A stretch of DNA of 20,167 nt from Microcoleus vaginatus DQ-U2 (GCA_040004055.1 JAMPKT010000123.1:1-20167); one strand, 5' to 3'; counted from the stretch's first letter, positions 1-6,536 are shown. The notes: generated from the sequence alone by a model not told the origin. Numbers and translations: made by a program.

Positions 1-185
1 CCGTGGGTGTACCAGGATGTGACGAAGGTGGTGCCTGTTAACCAGCCACCGATGGCTAGGTAGGCGCAGGGGAATAGCAGGATGCCAGACCAGCCTACGA
101 AGACGAAGCGATCACGTTTGAGCCAGTCGTCGAGGACATCAAATATGCCTCTTTCGGTCTGGGCGCGTCCGACTGCGATTGTCAT
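1..185 (-). CDS. psbD: Photosystem II D2 protein, N-terminal 61 codons; the gene continues off the left edge of the window
   Basis: The reverse complement from the ATG (complement of 183-185) reads [62 protein letters not shown], which is the near-invariant D2 N-terminus. It is absent from the supplied ORF track because the window edge truncates it. Confidence 0.93.
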   Translation of the reverse strand, partial: MTIAVGRAQTERGIFDVLDDWLKRDRFVFVGWSGILLFPCAYLAIGGWLTGTTFVTSWYTH

Positions 186-379
186 TTACGCAAATCTCCA
201 AATGGATATAATTACAACGGATCTGTCTCTAGTCATGAGTCTTCCACCGTTGCCTCTGCTTAGCAGAAAACAAGTTGGATTATGAACAGAGTTTACTTTT
301 CTTTACCGTATTGACGATTATAGAGGTAATTCTTTACAAGAGCAAGTTTTTATTAAAAAACTTCTGACTTTTGACTTGT

Positions 380-423
380 GCGAAGTTCTCGAAGTCCGCG
401 AAGCCCTCGAAGTCCCCGAAGTC
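380..423. repeat. Short tandem repeat with a 9-bp period (CGAAGNNNN, about 5 units) in the psbD-divergent intergenic region
   Basis: The units read cgaagttct cgaagtccg cgaagccct cgaagtccc cgaagtc. This repeat creates the low-complexity ORF 318..512(-), which translates as SRASRTSRTS. Confidence 0.8.
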
Positions 424-527
424 TTTGCCCTGCGTTTGGGAACTTCTACTATATAGCAGTCTCTGCGCTTTGCCTCAGAAGCCCGGTCGCTTCGTAGATA
501 TATCGGCCTCAACCTCTTATTTTTCTA

Positions 528-554
528 AGAAACTGGGTTTCCGTGGGTAAGTCC
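528..554. mobile_element. Solo terminal fragment of the MITE-like family seen at 3177-3378 and 6537-6642
   Basis: agaaactgggtttccgtgggtaagtcc resembles the element end (...aaacccggtttc...gcgtaagtcc). Only about 27 nt is present. Confidence 0.4.
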
Positions 555-602
555 TATATATATACTGAGGATAGAGCTCCAAACTTAGGTTTTTAAGACT
601 AT

Positions 603-872
603 ATGTTCAGCATTGACATCATTGTGAAAAATACGCCCGTCTCGCTGTCGGTGCAGCGGAAGTTGGAGGAGGACGCTGAGACTGTTTACCAGCAGGTGCT
701 GGCGGCGATTCGCAACTCCCAACCGCAAATTTTGGAACTCACCTGCGAGAAAAATCCTGAGAAAAAGGTGGCTGTACTCAGCAGCGAAATTTCTGGGGTG
801 GTGGTTTCTCAGAAATCGGGGGCGTCATCTACAGGCAGATCCCCTGGTTTTGTCTCGATGACAGCAGAATGA
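603..872 (+). CDS. Small conserved hypothetical protein (89 aa), translationally coupled to the downstream ABC ATPase
   Basis: The ORF is clean and has a non-repetitive, globular-looking composition. Its stop overlaps the next start (ATGA at 869-872). The pattern of a beta-strand-like N-terminus, an acidic helix, then ...ELTCEKNPEKKVAVL... loosely recalls the small DUF3107-type proteins, but this is unverified. Confidence 0.6.
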   Translation: MFSIDIIVKNTPVSLSVQRKLEEDAETVYQQVLAAIRNSQPQILELTCEKNPEKKVAVLSSEISGVVVSQKSGASSTGRSPGFVSMTAE

Positions 873-1567
873 GGGCTGGGGGTGTTGGTGCCGATATGAG
901 CCAGTCAGCGGTTGCTGTGCGGGATTTGGGTTTTTGCTGGCCGTCTGGCGATCAAGTGTTGCAAGGTTGCTCTCTGGATGTACCTAAGGGCGAGTTTTGG
1001 ATGCTTTTGGGCACTAACGGCAGCGGCAAGTCTACGCTGTTGAGGCTGATGGCTGGGCTGCTGCACCCCCAGTCGGGGGAAATTGACCTCGGCGGGCGGG
1101 TGGGGTTTGTGTTTCAAAACCCCGATCACCAATTGGTGATGCCGACGGTGGGTGCGGATGTGGCTTTTGGTTTGGTGGAGGAAAAGCTTTCTAACGTTCA
1201 GGTGCGGGAGAGGGTGGCGGAGGCTTTGGAGGCTGTGAATTTGCTGGATTTGCAGCGGCGGCCGATTTATGCTTTGAGTGGGGGCCAGAAGCAGCGCATT
1301 GCCCTGGCTGGGGCGATCGCCCGTCACTGCGAAATTCTGCTGTTGGATGAACCGACGGCTTTGTTAGATCCTGATTCTCAGTTGGATTTGGTGGCGGCGG
1401 TGCAGCGGTTGGTGAAAAATCGCGGGATTACGGCTTTGTGGGTGACTCACCGTTTGGATGAGTTGAATTATTGTGATGGGGCTTTTTTGTTGGAAAAGGG
1501 CGAAGTGGTCGATCGGGGAGATCCGGCGCGTTTGAAGCAGCGGTTGATGCAAAGTCAAGATGTTTAG
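869..1567 (+). CDS. ABC transporter ATP-binding protein, ECF/CbiO-like ATPase
   Basis: Motifs present: Walker A GTNGSGKST, Q-loop FQNPDHQ, ABC signature LSGGQKQR, Walker B ILLLDEPT and H-loop VTHR. An alternative start is the ATG at 896. Confidence 0.9.
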   Translation: MRAGGVGADMSQSAVAVRDLGFCWPSGDQVLQGCSLDVPKGEFWMLLGTNGSGKSTLLRLMAGLLHPQSGEIDLGGRVGFVFQNPDHQLVMPTVGADVAFGLVEEKLSNVQVRERVAEALEAVNLLDLQRRPIYALSGGQKQRIALAGAIARHCEILLLDEPTALLDPDSQLDLVAAVQRLVKNRGITALWVTHRLDELNYCDGAFLLEKGEVVDRGDPARLKQRLMQSQDV

Positions 1568-1616
1568 CTGTCAAGCAATTTGAGAATTAAGTCATTCTGC
1601 GAGTGAAATCGCTTCT

Positions 1617-1644
1617 ACAAAAACGAAGTCTGCCTCCGCAGACT
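1617..1644 (-). terminator. Intrinsic terminator for the minus-strand DUF4058 gene
   Basis: On the minus strand the sequence is agtctgc-ggag-gcagact (7-bp stem, 4-nt loop) followed by tcgttttt. It lies just downstream of the stop codon at 1667-1669. Confidence 0.55.
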
Positions 1645-1666
1645 AAAAGGATGGCTGCACCCCAAA

Positions 1667-2455
1667 TCAATCTCGCAATCCTCGATCGCGCAACCAAGCA
1701 TCTGCCCAAATTGTATCGGCTTCTGACAGCGGTGGTATGACTTCCCAGTTGCGATAATCTATCTTCAGGTCGTAACTTGCTATGTCGTAAATTTGAGTGA
1801 ATAATTCCTGCAAATTGATTATAGGTTCGGTATCGCCCGAGCGCAGTGGTAAAGGAAAGGCAGGCAGCGGGCTCTGCAGGTTAAAAGCGTACAAATCTGC
1901 TCTGGGACGGCGATTTCCCCGACACACCAAAACGCTATAGTGGCTTTCAATGTCATTGCCAATAACTGGCATTTTTTGACCGCGCCGCAATAAATCTATT
2001 TCAATTAAATGAGTGCGGCTACCTAAAATTTCTTCTCGCTTTTCTTCGTACATTTGTCGTCCTTTTCCGGTGCGCTTATTGCTAGGTGAGAGGATTTCAA
2101 TCAGTGTGATTAATTCTTGGTTTCCTCTTTCTCTAATTTCTAAATAGCCTTCCCGAACCTGGTAGGGCATGGGAATATTTACTGTCAAGGGTTGGGTTGG
2201 TGGCGCTGCAACTGCTACGTTTGATGTGATTAATTCGGTTGTGGTTCTTGGCTGAATTACGTTTACATCAGGAATGCCAATTGATAAATTGTCGTCAGCG
2301 GTTTCATAGATTCTCACTTCCAAGGAGACTAAATACTTAGGACGAAGTTGGGGAGACAAAAATCTAAAAATTTCACTAATTAACAAGTGGTGTAGGGCGG
2401 GCCAGAGTTCTGGATGCTCTAAATACGGGTCCATACCAGGAAAGGGAGATGGCAT
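1667..2455 (-). CDS. DUF4058 family protein (Uma2/PD-(D/E)xK restriction-endonuclease-like fold)
   Basis: The N-terminus MPSPFPGMDPYLEHPELWPALHH is the hallmark of cyanobacterial DUF4058 proteins. The internal IEILSPSNK and IEIDLLR motifs resemble the Uma2-type nuclease core. Confidence 0.8.
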   Translation of the reverse strand: MPSPFPGMDPYLEHPELWPALHHLLISEIFRFLSPQLRPKYLVSLEVRIYETADDNLSIGIPDVNVIQPRTTTELITSNVAVAAPPTQPLTVNIPMPYQVREGYLEIRERGNQELITLIEILSPSNKRTGKGRQMYEEKREEILGSRTHLIEIDLLRRGQKMPVIGNDIESHYSVLVCRGNRRPRADLYAFNLQSPLPAFPLPLRSGDTEPIINLQELFTQIYDIASYDLKIDYRNWEVIPPLSEADTIWADAWLRDRGLRD

Positions 2456-2584
2456 TGATGTGACTCCTTGACTTAAGTCTATTTACAGTTTAGCAATGTT
2501 GTTTTGCGAAAATTAGGGTCGATCGCACTTCCTGTCAAATAGAATAATTCCTATTTGTGGAAGAGCGATCACACTTGTTAACGG

Positions 2585-2827
2585 TTAAACTTCGATCGGC
2601 AATTGTTTTTGAATTGGAACGCTGTTTTCATCCAACACAGACACCGCATTTACGAACACAATTGTATGCGGGACTGCGGGCATTAAACGGCGCAGCGCGT
2701 TCAAGTAAGATTCGGCATCGGGACGGCGGGCGAAACGGGCGACTGTTAACCGCTGACAGTTGGGGAGGTGGCGAATTAGATGCCAAGGTTGAAGTCGATC
2801 GCGATATGTCGATTGTTTTGGTATCAT
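2585..2827 (-). CDS. Small hypothetical protein (80 aa), upstream of and on the same strand as the DUF4058 gene
   Basis: This is the most protein-like of three overlapping ORFs. The segment RLQPWHLIRHLPNCQRLTVARFARRPDAESYLNALRRLMP resembles, from memory, a recurrent small cyanobacterial protein. There is no strong RBS, and the competing ORFs look low in complexity. Confidence 0.45.
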   Translation of the reverse strand: MIPKQSTYRDRLQPWHLIRHLPNCQRLTVARFARRPDAESYLNALRRLMPAVPHTIVFVNAVSVLDENSVPIQKQLPIEV

Positions 2828-2956
2828 AGATGTGTTCTGCCCACTTTTGTGGGTGGTAAAGGAAAGGCGTTCGCCCTTGATTTCTCAGGTCGGAGGGCGA
2901 TCGCTTGTTTATTGTTTCTATATCAAACACGAATACTCGAGTGTTGTCAATAGGGA

Positions 2957-3169
2957 ATGGGACGAATTAGGCTGCGAGTTCGAGAATTTGCTCAAGAGAA
3001 GGGTTGGAATCTGACAGAAGTCTCCAACAGAACAGGTATTCCATATACCACGATCATTACCTATGCCAATTCTCCTGGCATGGCTACCGTTGACTACACA
3101 GCTTTGGACAAGATGGCTCGTGCCTTCGATATTGCGATCGAAGATTTAGTTGAGATTTTGGAACAGTAA
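2957..3169 (+). CDS. XRE/Cro-C1-type helix-turn-helix transcriptional regulator (70 aa)
   Basis: RLRVREFAQEKGWNLTEVSNRTGIPYTTIITYAN followed by ...LDKMARAFDIAIEDLVE is a typical HTH_XRE layout. Confidence 0.8.
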   Translation: MGRIRLRVREFAQEKGWNLTEVSNRTGIPYTTIITYANSPGMATVDYTALDKMARAFDIAIEDLVEILEQ

Positions 3170-3176
3170 ACTGATT

Positions 3177-3283
3177 AGGACTTACGCACGGGTGGTCAGA
3201 AACCGGGTTTTTGCGGGAATACTTCGCTACAGTCAGCAGATTTCGTAAAAACCAGGTTTCTCGGTGTCGAAGCGCGCAAGTCC
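3177..3283. mobile_element. MITE-like hairpin element, copy 1
   Basis: Terminal inverted repeats are aggacttacgca ... gcgcgcaagtcc. The internal long inverted repeat is cagaaaccgggttttt ... aaaaaccaggtttctc. By eye it is about 80% identical to copy 3 at 6537-6642. Confidence 0.7.
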
Positions 3284-3378
3284 TCGTGGTCAGAAACCGG
3301 GTTTTTTTGCATCAGACTTCGTTACAGCCCGCCTCCAAGGTAAAAAACCCGGTTTCGAGGAGTCGGAGTGCGTCGAAA
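3284..3378. mobile_element. MITE-like hairpin element, copy 2 (abuts copy 1, termini degenerate)
   Basis: The copy reads tcgtggtcagaaaccgggttttttt...acttcgttacagcccgc...ggtaaaaaacccggtttc. It has the same core as copies 1 and 3 and lacks a clean left terminal repeat. Confidence 0.6.
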
Positions 3379-3480
3379 ACAAACTGATTTGTCGCTCTTT
3401 GCAGTAAAAAAATATGGATATTGGAATTTTCCGGCTGTAGACTAGAGTCAGGAGTTTTTCAGTCTGCCGGAGTTATATCA

Positions 3481-3972
3481 ATGCCAATTAATCGGCTGTC
3501 TCAAATTGAAGAAAACTTGGAATTGCTGCAAGAGCAATTAGGGGGCAAGGAGAATGCTCTAATTTTAGCAGCGCCAGAAGAAGAGATCCGAATTAACCAG
3601 CAAATCCGAAAGCTACGCAAGAAGATTCGGGAGCAGGAAGAGGAGTATTGGCAGGTTGTCGCTCAGCAAACGAAAACGGTGGAAATTCCCGAACATGAGG
3701 CTGAGATTATTGTTGCCGAGATTGTCAAAGAAGTTGGGCAATTTGAAGTGCAGGGACAGTATTCAGATGAAGTGCTTCAGATTTTGCAGGAGATTCGGGA
3801 CAAGCTAAACCAACCGGGAGCGACAGCGGCTGCGAAACTTAAAGGCGTAATCTCAAGCATTCCGCCGTTTGTGGGAATTTCCTACGAGGCTGAATTGGAT
3901 ACAGAGAATATTTTCCACCGGCATTTTCCAACGTTTCGGAAATGGGCTAAGGTATTAGCAAAAAAGTCATAG
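3481..3972 (+). CDS. Coiled-coil protein with a C-terminal hydrophobic-hairpin module (163 aa); candidate effector or effector-adaptor of the downstream NB-ARC protein
   Basis: The ATG at 3481 has GGAG 8 nt upstream, so the TTG at 3421 in the track is less likely to be the start. The N-terminus (INRLSQIEENLELLQEQL...IRKLRKKIREQEEEYW) is charged and has heptad character. The tail PGATAAAKLKGVISSIPPFVGISYEAELDTENIF resembles, from memory, the EACC1-type module described in NTPase conflict systems. That resemblance is unverified. Confidence 0.65.
   Translation: MPINRLSQIEENLELLQEQLGGKENALILAAPEEEIRINQQIRKLRKKIREQEEEYWQVVAQQTKTVEIPEHEAEIIVAEIVKEVGQFEVQGQYSDEVLQILQEIRDKLNQPGATAAAKLKGVISSIPPFVGISYEAELDTENIFHRHFPTFRKWAKVLAKKS
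3960..3966 (+). promoter_or_regulatory. Candidate -1 frameshift / homopolymer slippage site A_AAA_AAG joining ORF 3481-3972 to the NB-ARC frame
   Basis: The zero-frame codons are GCA AAA AAG TCA TAG. A -1 slip continues with GTC ATA GAC..., which is exactly the frame of the 4077 ORF. The potential stem 3971-3979 agacctgga / 3995-4003 tccaggttt starts 4 nt downstream. Confidence 0.4.
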
Positions 3973-4076
3973 ACCTGGAGCGAAAAACACCCAATCCAGG
4001 TTTCACAAGTTTTTACCAACTTTACGATATTCCCTCCGAACTCGGTTCAAAAAACTTTGTCGGGCGGGATGAGGAA

Positions 4077-6500
4077 ATGCAGCAGTTGCACGCATTGTTG
4101 CAGGATGGAAGCCGTGTTGCCATTGCCGCTGCGTCGGGAATGGGCGGCATCGGCAAGACAGAATTGGCATGGCAGTATGCAAACTTTCACCGCGAACACA
4201 ATACCTATCCAGCAGGGATTTGGTGGCTGTTTGTCCGGGACAACGATTTAGCACCGCAGGTGTTGCAGAAAGCGCTGCGAATGGGAATTCAGCCGCCGGA
4301 TACTCTCGACAATCTGGAGGAACGGTTGCAGTTTTGCTACCAAGAGTGGGCAAAAAAAACCTCTGGCAATGCTCTGCTGGTATTGGATGATGTCAGCGAT
4401 TACCGCGCGGTGCAGCCGTTGCTGCCTAGAAATCCCCGCTTTAAAGTGTTGCTGACAGCGCGACAAATTGTGCCGCCGCCTGTGGGGTGTTTGCCGTTAA
4501 AAGTGTTGAAACCAGAGGCGGCGCTAAACTTGCTGCGGCTGACGGCTGGGGATTTGCCGGGAAACGGGCTGGGACGGATTGATGCCCAGCTTGAAGATGC
4601 TCAAGCCCTTTGCCAGTGGTTAGATTATTTGCCTTTGGGTATCGAACTGGTGGGGCGCTATCTGCGGCGCAAGCGGGCGCTGTCCTTGGCAGAAATGCTG
4701 GAACGGTTGCAGAGTCAGCGATTGGAGGCGCGGGCATTGCAGGAGGCGGAAGCTGGGATGACGGCTAGGCGCGGAGTGGTGGCAGCTTTTGAGTTGAGTT
4801 GGGCGGAGTTGAAACCTCCGGCGCGGACGCTGGGGTGTCTGCTGAGCGTATTTGCTCAGGCTCCGATTCCTTGGGAGTTGGTAGCTGAGTGTTTGCCGGA
4901 TTGGGATGAGGAGGAGTTGGAGGATTGTCGGGATTACGAACTGCTGGAACAGAGTTTGCTGTCGCTGGTGGAGGATGAAAGCTCAGATCCGGCTCAATCT
5001 GGGCTGGTGCAGCCACGCTATCAACTTCATGCTTTGATTCGGGAGTTTTTTGCAGTCAAATTGCAGGAACGCGCCGATGCTGAGGATTTGCGGAGAAGTT
5101 TTGCTCTGGCGTTGACAGTGGTGGCAAAGACGATTCCGCAGACTGTGACGCTGGAGGTGCAGCAACGGGTGAAGGAGGCGCTGCCCCATTTGGAGGTGGT
5201 GGCGGAGCAATGGTCGCATTTGCTGGAAGATAGCACTGATGCTATGGGGTCTTTCACGGTCTTAGCGTGGGTTGCCGAGGGGCAGAGTTTGTGGGCAGAG
5301 GCCGAAAAGTGGTTCAAAGCTTGCCTCCAGATGACAGAGAAATGCTGCGGAGCTGACCATCCCAATACGGCAATGAGTTTGAACAATCTGGCATTGCTTT
5401 ATTATGCAATGGGTCGCTACCCGAAAGCGGAACCCTTGTATGTGCGATCGCTCGCGATTAGAGAGCAGAAGCTAGGAGCAGAACATCCCTATACGGCAAT
5501 GAGTTTGAACAATCTGGCAGCGCTTTACTGTGCAATGGGACGCTACCCGGAGGCAGAACCTTTGTATGTGCGATCGCTCTCTATCTATGAGCAGCAGCTA
5601 GGAGCAGAACATCCCGATACGGCATTGAGTTTGAACAATCTGGCAGAGCTTTACAAAGCAATGGGACGCTACGCGGAGGCGGAACCCTTGTATGTGCGAT
5701 CGCTCGCGATCAGAGAGCAGAAGCTAGGAGCAGAACATCCCTATACGGCAAGTAGTTTGAACAATCTGGCAGAGCTGTACTATGGAATGAGACGCTACCA
5801 GGAGGCGGAACCTTTGTATGTGCGATCGCTCTCTATCAACGAGCTGCTGTTCGGAGCCGACCATCCTCATACGGCAACGAGTTTGAATAATCTGGCAGAG
5901 CTGTACCGTGCAATGGGAAGCTACCCGGAAGCGGAACGCTTGTATGTGCGATCGCTCTCTATCTATGAGCAGCAGCTCGGAGCCGACCATCCCAATACGG
6001 CAAAGAGTTTGAACAATCTGGCAGGGCTATACGAGTCAATGGGACGCTACCCGGAAGCAGAACCCTTGTATGTGCGATCGCTCTCTATCAACGAGCAGCA
6101 GCTCGGAGCCGACCATCCTCATACGGCAACGAGTTTGAACAATCTGGCAAATCTGTACCATGCAATGGGACGCTACCCCGAGGCGGAACCCTTGCTAGTG
6201 CGATCGCTCACGATTAACGAGCAGCAGTTCGGAGCCGACCATCCCACTACGGCAATGAGTTTGAACAATCTGGCATGGCTCTACTATGCAATGGGTCGCT
6301 ACCCGGAGGCAGAACCGTTTTTTCTGGGAGCATTAGAAATCTTGTTTAACCAATTGGGGAAGAATCATCCCAACACCCAAAGAGTTTGTAGGAATTTCAT
6401 TAATTTTCTCCAGCAGGCCATATCAACTGGTCAAGACTCGAAACTTTCCCAGCATCCAACAACGCAAGCAATGCTTAAGCGAGTTCGGGAGACGGAGTAG
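4077..6500 (+). CDS. NB-ARC (STAND, NLR-like) ATPase with C-terminal KLC-type TPR repeats. Coordinates run from the first ATG; the frame is open from 3951.
   Basis: Motifs present: P-loop GMGGIGKTELA (4137-4169), Walker B ALLVLDDV, KVLLTAR (RNBS-B-like) and LDYLPLGIELVG (GLPL-like). These are followed by 8 x 42-aa repeats G-A-D/E-HP-x-TA-x-SLNNLA-x-LY-x-AMGRYPEAEPLYVRSL plus a degenerate cap. The conserved pre-P-loop segment NFVGRDEE lies upstream of the ATG, so the true N-terminus is probably further 5'. Confidence 0.9.
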   Translation: MQQLHALLQDGSRVAIAAASGMGGIGKTELAWQYANFHREHNTYPAGIWWLFVRDNDLAPQVLQKALRMGIQPPDTLDNLEERLQFCYQEWAKKTSGNALLVLDDVSDYRAVQPLLPRNPRFKVLLTARQIVPPPVGCLPLKVLKPEAALNLLRLTAGDLPGNGLGRIDAQLEDAQALCQWLDYLPLGIELVGRYLRRKRALSLAEMLERLQSQRLEARALQEAEAGMTARRGVVAAFELSWAELKPPARTLGCLLSVFAQAPIPWELVAECLPDWDEEELEDCRDYELLEQSLLSLVEDESSDPAQSGLVQPRYQLHALIREFFAVKLQERADAEDLRRSFALALTVVAKTIPQTVTLEVQQRVKEALPHLEVVAEQWSHLLEDSTDAMGSFTVLAWVAEGQSLWAEAEKWFKACLQMTEKCCGADHPNTAMSLNNLALLYYAMGRYPKAEPLYVRSLAIREQKLGAEHPYTAMSLNNLAALYCAMGRYPEAEPLYVRSLSIYEQQLGAEHPDTALSLNNLAELYKAMGRYAEAEPLYVRSLAIREQKLGAEHPYTASSLNNLAELYYGMRRYQEAEPLYVRSLSINELLFGADHPHTATSLNNLAELYRAMGSYPEAERLYVRSLSIYEQQLGADHPNTAKSLNNLAGLYESMGRYPEAEPLYVRSLSINEQQLGADHPHTATSLNNLANLYHAMGRYPEAEPLLVRSLTINEQQFGADHPTTAMSLNNLAWLYYAMGRYPEAEPFFLGALEILFNQLGKNHPNTQRVCRNFINFLQQAISTGQDSKLSQHPTTQAMLKRVRETE
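5349..6356 (+). repeat. Tandem array of eight 126-bp units encoding the TPR repeats
   Basis: Unit starts are at 5349, 5475, 5601, 5727, 5853, 5979, 6105 and 6231, an exact 126-bp period. Each unit contains gtgcgatcgctc, which is a HIP1 site. Confidence 0.95.
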
Positions 6501-6536
6501 CTGTTGCTGCTAGAGCGATTGTTGCCAATTTCCTAC

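Noticed and set aside
82-285. 67-aa ORF on the plus strand
   Set aside because: It lies antisense to the unmistakable psbD N-terminal coding sequence (1-185, minus strand). It has no motifs and looks like a by-product of the opposite-strand gene.
318-512. 64-aa ORF on the minus strand
   Set aside because: Its translation (SRASRTSRTSHKSK...) comes directly from the 9-bp CGAAGNNNN tandem repeat. It is a low-complexity artefact in the psbD-divergent intergenic region.
905-1558. Minus-strand ORFs 905..1327 and 1364..1558
   Set aside because: They lie antisense to the motif-rich ABC ATPase gene and are rich in His, Gln, Pro and Arg, as shadow ORFs usually are.
2557-2930. Overlapping ORFs 2557..2829(+) and 2628..2930(-)
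   Set aside because: Both have skewed composition rich in Arg, Ser and Pro and no recognisable motifs. The 80-aa ORF at 2585..2827(-) looks more protein-like, so only that one is listed, at modest confidence.
3421-3480. TTG start at 3421 proposed by the ORF track for the 183-aa ORF
   Set aside because: The ATG at 3481 has a well-spaced GGAG (3469-3472). The extra 20 residues (MEFSGCRLESGVFQSAGVIS) directly follow the MITE copies and look non-native. 3481 is preferred but not proven.
4003-5990. Series of minus-strand and alternative-frame ORFs inside the NB-ARC/TPR gene (4003..4353-, 4057..4251+, 4169..4390+, 4248..4466-, 4441..4737-, 4765..5016-, 4983..5219-, 5027..5386-, 5724..5990-)
   Set aside because: All overlap a gene with strong NB-ARC and TPR motifs. 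Their translations are Pro/Ala/Arg/His-rich and low in complexity, typical of shadow ORFs in GC-rich coding sequence.
5349-6356. Regularly spaced direct repeats considered as a possible CRISPR array
   Set aside because: The units are contiguous 126-bp repeats with no unique spacers. They lie in one long reading frame that encodes TPR motifs, and no cas genes are nearby.
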